From NCBI RefSeq assembly GCF_046119375.1, contig NW_027362763.1, forward strand, positions 149,296,001 to 149,360,000: DNA of 64,000 nucleotides, in the 5' to 3' direction. Below the pieces are notes generated by a model. That model was given only the letters and a program-made list of their open reading frames with translations. It made no database searches and was not told where the DNA came from. This DNA is from Phyllobates terribilis. Taxonomy: Eukaryota. A program made the translations under genes and the position numbers. Below, in pieces: positions 24,480 through 36,305 of this stretch; position 1 is the first letter of the stretch; the number at the start of each line of letters is the position of its first letter.

Positions 24480-25093
24480 AAAATATGAGAAAAACCCCAC
24501 TAAGAATTTAAAGACACATAGAGCAGGACCACAGTAACAAGTACGACATGTTCCCATTAGAAAGGAGAGAGTCTGCTATACAGTTACAGGGTATGCTGTG
24601 AGTCCAATGGCTGACCAATTTTAGGAAAAACCCCACTAAGAATTTAAAGACACACAGAGCAGGGCTACAGTAACAAGGTACGAAATGTTCCCATTAGAAA
24701 GGAGAGGGTCTGCTATACAGTTATAGGGTATGCAGTGAGTCCAACGGCTGACCAATTTTAAGAAAAACCCCACTAAGAATTTAAAGACACACAGAGCAGG
24801 ACCACAGTAACAAGGTACGACATGTTACCATTAGAAAGGAGAGAGTCTGCTATACAGTTATAGGGTATGCAGTGAGTCCAATGGCTGACCAATTTTAGGA
24901 AAAACCCCACTAAGAATTTAAAGACACACAGAGCAGGGCTACAGTAACAAGGTAAGACATGTTCTCATTAGAAAGGAGAGGGTCTGCTATACAGTTATAG
25001 GGTATGCAGTGAGTCCAATGGCTGACCAATCTTAAGAAAAACCCCACTAAGAATTTAAAGACACACAGAGCAGGGCCACAGTAACATAGTACG
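24480..25093. repeat. 136-137-bp tandem repeat, left part (about 4.5 units)
   Basis: GAGCAGG recurs at 24521, 24657, 24794, 24931 and 25068. Confidence 0.97.
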
Positions 25094-26096
25094 TGTTACG
25101 GGTCCGGGTGGTGGAACCTCTGTGCCGAGGTGCAAGGAGGGACCCAGAGGGGCATGACTAAGTGTCAACCCGAACCGACCCTGGTTGGACGGCAGCAAAC
25201 GACACTGTGACCAGGGAGGATCCGGGCTGAGGGACGACCTTGTAAGAGAGCAGGTGGCTCCCACGGGTCAGATGGCTGGGACTGACCGGTATGACGGATG
25301 GACACGGCAAGCAGGCAGAAGTCTCTAGTAGCTAACAGGTGGTCACGGTACGTGACAGCAGAGCAGGTAGTAGTCTCTAGGTTTACCAGGCAGGTGGTCA
25401 CATCAAGTGACGGCAGAGGCTCCAGGCAGGCTGGCAGGAAACAGGAGGGCGCTCCCAGGTGAGCGGGCTGATGGACTCTGCAGGTAACAGACGGATGCTC
25501 CCAGGTGAGCGGACTGACAGACAGGGCAGGTAACAGGCGGATGCTCTCAGGTGAGCGGACTGGCAGACAGGGCAGGTAACAGGCAGGTAACAGGTGAGCG
25601 CTCCAGTTGAGCAGGCTGCCAGGCTCGGCAGATAACGGTCAGATAACAGGCTGGCAGGCAGGACGAGGAGTCAGGCTAGCAGCGGAACCTGAGGGCTGAA
25701 GCAGAGATCAGAAACTGTGCAACCACTTTGCTCGGGCACCTCCATTTTGGAGGAGGTGCCCTATTTATGGGAGGATCCTCGGCTATTGGCCGGGGACTCC
25801 TTAGGACGGCGCGCGTGGCCCCTTTAAGAGGGGGGAGTGCGCGCGCGCCCTAAGCACAGTGCCCGGGGGACTGCGCGCCCAGACAGCAGGCTGAGAAGGA
25901 GAGCGGGGAGCGTGGTGAGAGGGACGGCGTCTCTGCCCGGCAGGAGGCATAGACGCCTAAGCTACAGGGCTGCGCGCGCCAACAGCAGGCTGGGAAGGAG
26001 AGCGGGGAGCGAGGAGGTGAGAGGGACGGCGTCTCTGCCTGGAAGAAGGCAGAGACGCCGATGCTACAGTACCCCCCCCTGTATGCCCCCCCTTTT

Positions 26097-26316
26097 TTAG
26101 GCCAGAAAGGAATTTTTCAAGGAGAAGCGGGGTGTGGATGTTCTCCCTGGGTTCCCAAGTTCTCTCCTCTGGGCCAAACCCCTTCCAATCCACCAGAAAA
26201 AAAGTTCTCCCTCTTACCCTCTTAGTGGCCAGAATACTCTCTACCTCAAAGACGTCCTCAGCGGAAACCGGAGCAGGGGAAGTACCTGGATTGTTGGAAA
26301 AAGAGGTTAAAGACAA
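26097..26316 (-). pseudogene. Integrase chromodomain (frameshifted from pol)
   Basis: FEVESILATKRVRGRTFFLVDWKGFGPEERTWEP. Confidence 0.9.
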
Positions 26317-29131
26317 CGGGTTTGAGGAGAGATAAGTGGAAGGAGTTGGGAATCCGTAAGGTGGCCGGGAGTTTTAACTTGTAGGCCACTGGATTAATTT
26401 GCTTTAGGATTTCGAAAGGACCGATGAAGCGAGGACCTAACTTGTAGGAGGGTATCTTGAGCCGCACATGTTTGGAGGAGAGCCAAACCTTGTCTCCCGG
26501 ACGGAATTGAGGCGGATCCAGACGTCTCTTATCAGCATATCTCTTCATCCGCTCGGAGGACTGAAGAAGTGTGGACCTAGTACTCTCCCAAATGGTTGAA
26601 AACTCGCTGACAAGAGACTCCGCGGCAGGGTAGTCCACAGAAGCAGAGACGGGAGACGGAATCCGGGGGTGTTGGCCATAGACAATAAAGAACGGGGACT
26701 TGGAAGAGGATTCGCTCTCGTGGTTATTATAAGAGAATTCGGCCCAAGGAAACAGGTCCACCCAATCAGAATGTTGGGCATTAACAAAGTGCCGGCGGTA
26801 GCTAGTAAGGATCTGATTGATCCGCTCCACTTGACCATTGGACTGAGGGTGGTAAGCGGAGGAGAAATCCAGGGTGACATCCAGCAGTTTACATGTGGCT
26901 CTCCAGAAACGTGAGGTGTACTGAACCCCTCGATCCGACACAATGTGGAGGGGTAGGCCATGGAGACGGAAGATATGGCGGATAAAGTCCTTAGTCAGCT
27001 CAGGTGCACACGGGAGACCAGGCAGCGGAATGAAGTGGGCCATTTTAGAAAAGCGGTCCGTGACCACCCAAATTACAGTACACCCGGCAGAAACAGGGAG
27101 ATCGGTAATGAAGTCCATAGCGATGTGTTGCCACGGGGCAACAGGTATGGGAAGCGGCAGGAGATGACCGACTGGTAAGTGTCTGGGAACTTTGTTGCGG
27201 CCACAAGATGAACAGGCAGAGATGAAGTCTACCACATCCTTACGTAGGGTAGACCACCAGTAATGCCGGGAAATGAGCAGAAAGGTCTTCTTTTGGCCGG
27301 GATGGCCAGCTAGTTTAGAAGAATGACCCCAGCGAAGAACCTTCTCACGGTCAGGAACCGCTACGAACGTCTTGCCGGGTGGAAGACGAGTCAAATCCAA
27401 GGGGGCCACATTCATCACCTTGGAGGGGTCGATAATGTGCATAGGCTCCTCCTCTTGATCGGAGGAAAGGAAGGATCGGGACAAGGCATAAGCTTTGACA
27501 TTCTTGTCCGCCGGGCGGAAATGAAGGATGAAATCTAAGCGGGCAAAAATCAAAGACCACCGGGCCTGACGTGGATTAAGTCTCAGGGCATTTTGGAGAT
27601 ATGCCACATTTTTGTGATCTGTGTAGATGATCACCGGGTTTAGAGCCCCTTCAAGCAGATAGCGCCACTCCTCCAGGGCCAATTTGACGGCTAGCAATTC
27701 TCGGTCTCCTATGGAGTAATTGCGCTCAGAGGAGGAGAAGATTTTGGAGAAAAAGCCGCAGGTTACCATTCTCCCTGATGAAGACTTTTGGGTGAGCACC
27801 GCTCCGGCTCCAGAGGAGGAAGCATCAACCTCCAGGTAGAACTGTTTGCTGCAGTCCGGACGGTGCAGCACAGGGGCAGAGGAGAAGGCTTGCTTCAGGG
27901 AAAGGAAGGCCTCCTCAGCTTCGGGTGGCCATACCTTGGGATTTGCTCCCTTACGGGTGAGCGCAGATATGGGAGCAGTCCGAGACGAGAAGTGTGGAAT
28001 GAAGAGATGATAGTAATTAGCGAAGCCCAGGAATTGCTGTATCGCCTTCAACCCCTCCGGACGGGGCCACTTTAGGACAGCAGAGAGCTTCTCGGGATCC
28101 ATACGCAAGCCTGTCTGGGAGATAACATAGCCCAGGAATGGAAGAGAGGTCTGCTCAAAAAGGCACTTCTCGTATTTAGCATAGAGGTGGTTCTGCCTGA
28201 GCCTAAGCAGGACCTGACGAACATCGCTCCGGTGTGTGGGAAGATCCGGAAAGAAGACCAAGATGTCGTCCAGGTATACCACCACGCAGGAGTAAAGAAG
28301 GTCACAGAAGATGTCGTTGACCAGTTCTTGGAAGACGGCGGGAGCATTGCAGAGGCCGAAGGGCATCACACGGTACTCATAGTGTCCGTCCCGGCTATTA
28401 AATGCCGTTTTACACTCGTCTCCTTGACGGATACGGACCAGGTTATACGCTCCACGTAGATCCAGCTTGGAAAAGATCTTGGCACCTTTAAGGCGATCAA
28501 ATAACTCGGAGATGAGTGGCAGGGGGTATTTATTTTTAACCGTGATCTGATTGAGTCCTCTATAGTCAATACAGGGGCGTAGCGAGCCATCCTTTTTTTT
28601 GACAAAGAAGAATCCGGCTCCAGCCGGGGAAGTAGATTTCTGGATGAATCCCCTAGCCAGATTCTCCTCTATGTACTCAGACATGGCCCGGGTTTCAACC
28701 GAAGACAACGGATAAATACGCCCACGGGGTGGAGTGGCGCCAGGTACCAGGTCGATCAGGCAATCATATGGCCTATGAGGTGGCAATGTCTCTGCTTCCT
28801 TTTTACCGAAGACGTCAGCATAGGGCAAGTAAGGAGCCGGAAGACCGGGTAAATTAGCTGGAGTAGGTGGTGGACGAACCGGACGAACCGGAACCAGGCA
28901 GCTCTTATGGCAGGCCGGCCCCCACCGGAGTACTTCACCGGATTGCCAGTTCAACACGGGTTCATGTGTCTGGAGCCAAGGTAGGCCTAGCAATAGGGAG
29001 TGGGAGAGTCCGGGTAGCACATGGAAGGAGATTACCTCAGAGTGCAGCATTCCCCCCAGCAGGGTTATGGGTTCTGTGACGAGCAAGAAGGTCACCGGAA
29101 GGGGTCTTCCATCCACGGAGGCAACTGACAA
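26258..29131 (-). CDS. Pol polyprotein (protease C-terminus, RT, RNase H, integrase), 957-aa open stretch
   Basis: YLDD; EVDAS/RELLA/YTDHKN; HHCC zinc finger (H..AGHPG..CSSC); MDFI/VSDRG/QVER DDE; IGPF. The upstream protease is disrupted. Confidence 0.93.
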   Translation of the reverse strand: MSVASVDGRPLPVTFLLVTEPITLLGGMLHSEVISFHVLPGLSHSLLLGLPWLQTHEPVLNWQSGEVLRWGPACHKSCLVPVRPVRPPPTPANLPGLPAPYLPYADVFGKKEAETLPPHRPYDCLIDLVPGATPPRGRIYPLSSVETRAMSEYIEENLARGFIQKSTSPAGAGFFFVKKKDGSLRPCIDYRGLNQITVKNKYPLPLISELFDRLKGAKIFSKLDLRGAYNLVRIRQGDECKTAFNSRDGHYEYRVMPFGLCNAPAVFQELVNDIFCDLLYSCVVVYLDDILVFFPDLPTHRSDVRQVLLRLRQNHLYAKYEKCLFEQTSLPFLGYVISQTGLRMDPEKLSAVLKWPRPEGLKAIQQFLGFANYYHLFIPHFSSRTAPISALTRKGANPKVWPPEAEEAFLSLKQAFSSAPVLHRPDCSKQFYLEVDASSSGAGAVLTQKSSSGRMVTCGFFSKIFSSSERNYSIGDRELLAVKLALEEWRYLLEGALNPVIIYTDHKNVAYLQNALRLNPRQARWSLIFARLDFILHFRPADKNVKAYALSRSFLSSDQEEEPMHIIDPSKVMNVAPLDLTRLPPGKTFVAVPDREKVLRWGHSSKLAGHPGQKKTFLLISRHYWWSTLRKDVVDFISACSSCGRNKVPRHLPVGHLLPLPIPVAPWQHIAMDFITDLPVSAGCTVIWVVTDRFSKMAHFIPLPGLPCAPELTKDFIRHIFRLHGLPLHIVSDRGVQYTSRFWRATCKLLDVTLDFSSAYHPQSNGQVERINQILTSYRRHFVNAQHSDWVDLFPWAEFSYNNHESESSSKSPFFIVYGQHPRIPSPVSASVDYPAAESLVSEFSTIWESTRSTLLQSSERMKRYADKRRLDPPQFRPGDKVWLSSKHVRLKIPSYKLGPRFIGPFEILKQINPVAYKLKLPATLRIPNSFHLSLLKPVVFNLFFQQSRYFPCSGFR

Positions 29132-29319
29132 TGGTTCAGCCAGAGACTTGGTGGGAATACGGTATTTCTCAACCAGGGACTAGGAAATGAGGTTTCCAGC
29201 GGCTCCAAAATCCTGGTGGGTGAGTTGAAAGTGACGGTTCTCTCCCCAGGAGATAGAGACAGACAAAGTCAGGAATGGAGAGGGCTTACTTTTGTCTAGG
29301 GCGACCTCTCCGAGTGGTC

Positions 29320-30270
29320 CTAGACACTGGAGTTTACCGGCCTCTCCGGGCAGGAACGGATCAGGTGCTCCTTACTGCCACAATAGAAGCAGCTCCCCTC
29401 GGCTCGGCGTGACTCTTGGCGAGATTTGACCATCTTGGTCTGGTTGATCTGCATGGGCTCGGGTGAGTGCGCCCGGGGAGTGACAGGAGAGGAGACCGGT
29501 CTCTGGAAAGCAGGAGCAAGGTGCGGAAACCTTCTCTCACTGGTGGTCTCTTTGGTACGTTCTTGAAACCGGATGTCAATCCGGGTAGCCAGCGACACCA
29601 GGTCATCCAGGGTGGTAGGAATGTCCCGACCGGCATGCTCGTCTTTAATCCGTCCGGAAAGGCCCTCCCAGAAGACAGACACCAGGGCCTCATTATCCCA
29701 GGCAAGCTCAGAAGCGAGGGTGCGGAACCGTATGGCATATTGGTCCACAGTGAGACTCCCTTGGCGGAGACCTAGCAGAGAGGAGGCTGATGAGGTCTTA
29801 CGTCCCGGTTCATCGAAGACTCTCCGGAAAGCAGTGAGGAAAGACGACAGGTCAGACACCAGGGGGTCCCCTTTCTCCCACAGGGGGTTAAACCATGGCA
29901 GTGCTTCCCCAGTGAGATGGGACATGATGAATGCCACTTTTGCCCGGTCGGAGATAAACTGATGAGCCTATAGTTCAAAGTGCAGGGTGCACTGGTTTAT
30001 GAAGCCCCAAGCTAGAGCGGGGTCGCCTCCGAAACAAGGAGGTGCAGAAAGTCGGGGTCCGGGGCAGGATGCCATGGTATTGGTGGGCAGCGGCGCTGCC
30101 GGGGTGCGAGTCGTGCGACTAGCGGTGGTTACTGGTGGAGCAGTCAGTGTGTCCAGGCGGGAGTTGGCACTTCGCAGGTGGTTCAGGATGGATTCCTGTT
30201 GGGATTTCTGACGGGAGACTTCGTGGTATAGGTCAGAGAGCGAGGGAGCTTGGGTGCCACCGGGTTCCAT
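29320..30270 (-). pseudogene. Gag (capsid + CCHC knuckle) with a premature stop
   Basis: ATG at 30270; FINQCTLHF, HLTGEALPW, LRQGSLTVDQYAIRF, CFYCGSKEHLIRSC. Confidence 0.92.
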
Positions 30271-30271
30271 G

Positions 30272-30282
30272 GCCCGAGCAAA
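30272..30282 (-). promoter_or_regulatory. Self-priming site (11 nt, TTTGCTCGGGC) in place of a tRNA PBS
   Basis: Starts 1 nt past the 5' LTR end. Exact reverse complement of GCCCGAGCAAA (31049-31039), which lies 30 nt downstream of a TATA box (31079). Confidence 0.85.
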
Positions 30283-31380
30283 CTGTTACGGGTGCGGGTG
30301 GTGGAACCTCTGTGCCGAGGTGCAAGGAGGGACCCAGAGGGGCGTGACTAAGTATCAACCCGAACCGACCCTGGTCGGACCGCAGCAAACGACACCGTGA
30401 CCAGGGAGGTTCCGGGCTGAGGGACCAGGTGCTACTCTGGGGACAACCTTGTAAGAGAGCAGGTGGCTCCCACGGGTCAGATGGCTGGGACTGACCGGTA
30501 TGACGGATGGACATGGCAAGCAGGCAGAAGTCTCTGGTAGCTAACAGGTGGTCACGGTACATGACAGCAGAGCATGTAGTAGTCTCTAGGTTTACTAGGC
30601 AGGTGGTCACAGCCAGTGACGGCAGAGCCTCAAGGCAGGCTGGCAGGAAACAGGCGGGCGCTCCCAGGTGAGCGGGCAGACCGACAAGGCAGGTAACAGG
30701 CAGGTAACAGGTGGGCGCGCCCAGGTGAGCGGGCTGATGGACACAGCAGGTAACAGGCGGGTGCTCCCAGGTGAGCGGGCTGACAGACACAGCAGGTAAC
30801 AGGTGAGCGCTCCCAGGTGAGCGGGCTGACGGACTCTGCAGGTAACAGGTGGATGCTCCCAGGTAAGCGGACTGGCAGACAGGGCAGGTAACAGGCAGGT
30901 AACAGGTGAGCGCTCCAGTTGAGCAGGCTGGCAGGCTCGGCAGGTAACGGTCAGATAACAGGCTGGCAGGCAGGACGAGGAGTCAGGCTAGCAGCAGGAC
31001 CTGAGGGCTGAAGCAGAGATCAGAAACTGTGCAACAACTTTGCTCGGGCACCTCCATTTTGGAGGAGGTGTCCTATATATGGGAGGACCCTCGGCTATTA
31101 GCCGGGGACTCCTTAGGATGGCGCGCGCTGCCCCTATAAGAGGGGGGAGCGCGCGCACACCCTAAGCACAGTGCCCGGGGGACTGCGCGCGAAAACAGCA
31201 GGCTGAGAAGGAGAGCGGGCAGCGTGGTGAGAGGGACAGCGTCTCTGCCCGGCAGGAGGCAGAGACGCCGAAGCTACAGGGCTGCGCGCACCGACAGCAG
31301 GCTGGGAAGGAGAGTGGGGAGCGAGGAGGTGAGAGGGACGGCGTCTCTGCCTGTAAGAAGGCAGAGACGCCGATGCTACA

Positions 31381-32630
31381 GTACGACATATTCCCATTAG
31401 AAAGGAGAGGGTCTGCTATACAGTTATAGGGTATGCAGTGAGTTCAACGGCTGACCAATTTTAGGAAAAACCCCCACTAAGAATTTAAAGACACATAGAG
31501 CAGGGCCACAGTAATGACAAATTCCCATTAGAAAGGAGAGAGTCTGCTATACAGTTATAGGGTATGCAGTGAGTCCAATGGCTGACCAATTTTAGGAAAA
31601 ACCCCACTAAGAATTTAAATACATACAGAGCAGTGCCACAGTAACAAGGTACGACATGTTCCCATTAGAAAGGAGAGGGTCTGATATATAGTTATAAAGT
31701 ATGCAGTGCGTCCAACGGCTGACCAATTTTATGAAAAACCCCACTAAGAATTTAAAGACACACATAGCAGGGCCACAGTAACAATGTACGACATGTTCGT
31801 ATTAGAAAGGAAAGGGTCTGCTATACATTTATAGGGTATGCAGTGAGTCCAACGGTTGACCAATTTTAGGAAAAGCCCCACTAAGAATTTAAAGACACAT
31901 AGAGCAGGGCCACAGTAACAACAAATTCCCATTAGAAAGGAGAGGGTCTGCTATACAGTTATAGGATATGCAGTGAGTCCAACGGATGACCAATTTTAGG
32001 AAAAACCCCACTAAGAATTTAAATACACACAGAGCAGGGCCACAGTAATAAGGTACGACATGTTCCCATTAGAAAGGAGAGAGTCTGCTATACAGTTATA
32101 CGGTATGCAGTGAGTCCAACGGCTGACCAATTTTAGGAAAAACCCCACTAAGAATTTAAAGACACATAGATTAGGCCACAGTAACAAGTACGACATGTTC
32201 TCATTAGAAAGGAGAGAGTCTGCTATACAGTTATACGGTATGCAGTGAGTCCAACGGCTGACCAATTATAGGAAAAACCCCACTAAGAATTTAAAGACAC
32301 ACAGAGCAGGGCCACATTAACAAGGTACGACATGTTCCCATTTGAAGGGATAGAGTCTGCTACACAGTTATAGGATATGCAGTGAGTCGAAAGGCTAACC
32401 AATTTTAGGAAAAACCCCACTAAGAATTTAAAGACACACAGAGCAGGGCCACAGTAACAAGTACGACATGTTCCCATTAGAAAGGAGAGAGTCTGCTATA
32501 TAGTTATAGGGTATGCAGTGAGTCCAACAGCTGACCAATTTTAGGAAAAACCCCACTAAGAATTTAAATACACACAGAGCAGGGCCACAGTAATGACAAA
32601 TTCCCATTAGAAAGGAGAGAGTCTCCCATT
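31381..32630. repeat. 136-137-bp tandem repeat, right part (about 9 units)
   Basis: Continues the 24480-25093 array in register across the GTACG TSD. Confidence 0.97.
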
Positions 32631-32976
32631 GGGGTGCCCTATGCAGTGAAAAAATGTTCCCATTAGAAATGAGCGGGCCTCCAATACTTGTAATGCCCAT
32701 GCACTAAGTGTATGGGCTGACAAAAATTTACCCTTGGGGGGTATACATGATCATACTGTATAAATTTTTTTTTTTACGGGCATCATTAACACCCTTTAAA
32801 AAAATGATGTGGGTGTTGCAACATGGACCACGGTTACCCTGGTGATATGGTGGTGGAGGATGAGGAGAAGGAGGAGGACAAGAGCAAATAGCCTAAATCA
32901 GGAAGCGTATACCCATGTGTGGGTGTGAAAAGGTGCATGGGAATACACCTCCCAAGAAAAGACACTGGATTGGAGT

Positions 32977-35900
32977 TTATGTTACGCTGCTATCATTCGG
33001 TGGTGTTGAGAAGTCTGGCCCAATCCAGCCCTTGTACATTTTCATAAGAGTCAGCCTGTCAGCTTTTTCATTTGACAGGCGGATGCGTTTATCAGTTATA
33101 ATTCCACAACTGGCACTAAAAATACACTCTGATAAAACGAAGGAGGCAGGGCAGGCCAGGACCTCCAAGGCATAGAGAGCCAGTTCATTCCACATATTCA
33201 GCTTGGATACCCAATAATTATAAGGCATAGCGTAATCACGGAGGATGTTGGTACGGTTGGCAATATACTCCCTCAGCATCTTCCCAAACTTTGCACTCCT
33301 TGTGAGAGTACCCCGCGCCTCAGGGCCTGTGCGATGGGAAGGTCTGAGAAAACTCTCCCAGAACTTTGACAGAGTTCCCCTGCCTCTGCTGGATTGAAGT
33401 TATGTCTCTCTCGCCTGTACTCCTTGGTTGTCCAACGAAGTGTGCCCTCTGCCGCCTGCATTTTCAGATGGGAATTTTTTTAATAGTTCCGCAACAAGGG
33501 CCTTCTGGTACTGCCCAATTTTTGTAGACCTGTCCGTCTCAGGAATAAGAGATATAAAGTTCTCCTTGTAGCGTGGGTCTAGAAGTATCACCAACCAGTA
33601 ATGACTGTCACCCAAAATTTTGAGAACTCGAGGGTCATGGGAAAGGCAACGTAACATAAACTCAGCCATGCGTGCCAGACTACTAACAGGCAAGACTTCC
33701 GTGTCCTCACCAAGAGGATGACTGACCATGCTCTCCTCCTCCTCTTCCTCATCCTCCTCTCTGTCCTCTGGCCATCCACGCTGAACAGACGGTATGACAG
33801 CTGTTCAGGCAGTACCATCTATAGTGCATGAAACTAGCTCAAGTCCTTCCTCCTCCTACTCCTCTTCCTCTTTGTCACCCAATCCATGTTGGGATGAGAT
33901 GAGGCTGGGCTGTGTGTAATAACCCTGTATGGTTCCTTGCTCCATCTCATCGTGCTCCACCTGCAATGCATCCTCTTTGATTGTGAGAAGAGAGCGTTTC
34001 AGAAGACAGAGAAGCGGGATGGTGACGGTAATTATGGCGTCATCGCCGCTCACCATCTTGGTGAAGTCCTCAAAGTTTTGGAGGATGGTACATATGTCTG
34101 GCATCCATGTCCACTCCTGAGGTCTTATGTGTGGAGTCTGAGCTGAATACCAACGGCCTTGTTGATGCTGGTACTCAACAACTGCCCTCTTCTGCTCACA
34201 AATCCTTCCCAACATCTGCAGTGTAGAGTTCCAACGCGTGGGGACATCACACACCTGTCTGTGAACCTGAAGCTGAAAATGCTGCTGAAACACTGCAACG
34301 GCGGAGGAAGCAGTATCTGACTTTCTAAAATGGGCACACAGGCGGCGTACTTTAACAAGCATATCCGGCAGCTCCGGGTAGGATTTGAGAAACCACTGAA
34401 CCACGAGGTTAAGCACATGGGCCAGGCATGGTATGTGTGTGAGCTCGCCTCGCCTCAGAGCCGCCACCAGGTTCCGGCCATTGTCACACATGACCATGCC
34501 TGGCTGTAGGTTCAGCGGTGTGAGCCACAGATCTGCCTGCTCTTTCAGAGCTGTCCATAACTCTTCAGCATTGTGCAGTTTTTCACCTAAGCATATTAGC
34601 TTCAGCACAGCCTGTTGCTGCTTGGCCGAGGCAGTGCTGCAGTGCTTCCAGCTTGTGACTGATGTGGTCATTTCGGAGATGGAGGCTGAAGAGGAGGAGG
34701 AGGCTGAGGAGGATGAGGTGCAGGAGCTGTAGACCGTGGGCGCAACCCTGATTGACCTAGGGCCCGCAATCCTTGGTGTTAGGAGGACGTGTTCCGTCCC
34801 AAGGTCCGACTAGGTCCCGGCATCCACTATGTTAACCTAGTGTGCCGTCAGCGAGATGTACCATCCCTGCCCACAAGCACTTGTCCATGTGTCCGTGGTT
34901 AGGTGGACTTTACCGGTAACTGCGTTGTTGAGAGCACGGCTAATGTTTTGGGACACGTGCTTGTGTAATGCGGGGACGGCACACTGGGAGAAATAGTGGC
35001 GGCTGGGGACTGAATACTGAGGGACGGGCGCTGCCATCAGGTTGTGGAATGCTTCCATCTCCACAAGCCTAAAAGGCAACAGTTTGAGCGCTCGCAGTCG
35101 TGAAATGTGAGAATTTTAGTAGTGTGGCCTGTGGGGCGTTGGCTGCATATTTGCGCTTGCATTCCAAGGACTGGGGTATGGGCAACTGAATGCTGCGCTG
35201 GGACAAGGACATGGACGTGCTTCCTGATGCTGCTACTTGAGAGTGTGCAACGACAGGTGCAGGGCAGGAGGCATCTTTGCATGCACCATGGACAGGGGAT
35301 TGGCTTGCATGCACAACAGCGGAAGAAGCAATGCTGCCACCCGCAGACACTGTTCCTGGACCCTGGGGTTCGGGCCACAAAATCAGCTGCTTTGCTGCCA
35401 TGTGCCTGATCATGCTGGTGGTGGTCAGACTGGTCGTTTTGCCACCCCTGCTGATGCTGGCCTGGCAGGTGGTGCAAATGGCCTTTTTGGGGTTATCGGC
35501 AGAGTCTTTAAAAAACAACCAGACTCGGGAAGACCTAACAGTTGTACTGGCAACTTCCTTTGTGTTGGTGTTACGGGGAACGGTTGCCTGCCTTCTGTCT
35601 GCGGCCACCGCACTGCCTCTTCCTGCCTGTTGGAGTGCTCTGCCTCCCTTCCCCTGTGTGCTGCTGTCCTCGCTCTGCATGTCCTCCTGCCAGGTTGGGT
35701 CAGCTACTATATCATCCACCACCTCGTCTTCCACTTCCGCACCCTGGTCCTCCTCCTGACTTTCTGGCAATTGTGTCTCATCATCGTCCACCTCTTGTGA
35801 CACTTTCCCACAGTCGCCTTCGTGTGACCGTGGCTACTCAAATATTTGGGCATTGCTACACACAATCTCCTCTTGCCCCGCTTCAAGTGGATCGGGCAAG

Positions 35901-36305
35901 AGGCCCGAATCTATAAATGGAAAAGTGAACAACTCTTCAGAGTGTCCAAGTGTGGGATCAGTTGTCTCTGGGTACTCGACATGGTGGGAGGAAGGAGGAT
36001 CAGGTTGAGGAATATGTGGTCCAGACTCGGCTACTGAGACTTGTCCGTGTGGAAGACAGGGTGGTGGTGGTGGCTAAGTGACTGGAAGCATTATCCGCTA
36101 TCCAACCAACAACCTTTTGACACTGCTCTGGGTTCAATAGTGGTGTGCTGCGGTCCCCTAGAAATTGGGACAGGAAGGTCAGGCGAGAAGATGTGGGTGT
36201 TTGTTGTGGCACAATTTCGGCTTGCTCACAGCCTTGTCCTCGGCCTCTGCATGCAACATTACCATCACATCCAATTCCCCGTCCCTTGCCACGTGCCTTG
36301 CCCAT
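32977..36305 (-). pseudogene. hAT-B transposase pseudogene
   Basis: VWLFF..CTTC (BED), HLTTDTW, MCDNGRN, HIPCLAHVLNLVV, PTRWNST, LDPRYK, CPASFVLSECIFS..ITDKRIRLS. Multiple frameshifts and stops. Confidence 0.93.

Larger units (their letters stand above)
25094..31380 (-). mobile_element. Ty3/gypsy chromovirus (Tf1/sushi group) LTR retrotransposon
   Basis: 5' LTR 30284-31380 and 3' LTR 25094-26068 (TGTAGC...GTAACA). Perfect 5-bp TSD GTACG. PPT AGGGGGGG at about 26072-26080. gag-pro-RT-RH-IN-chromodomain order. Confidence 0.98.

Noticed and set aside
24480-32630. Regular repeats as a CRISPR array
   Set aside because: Head-to-tail 136-bp units without unique spacers, no cas genes, eukaryotic context.
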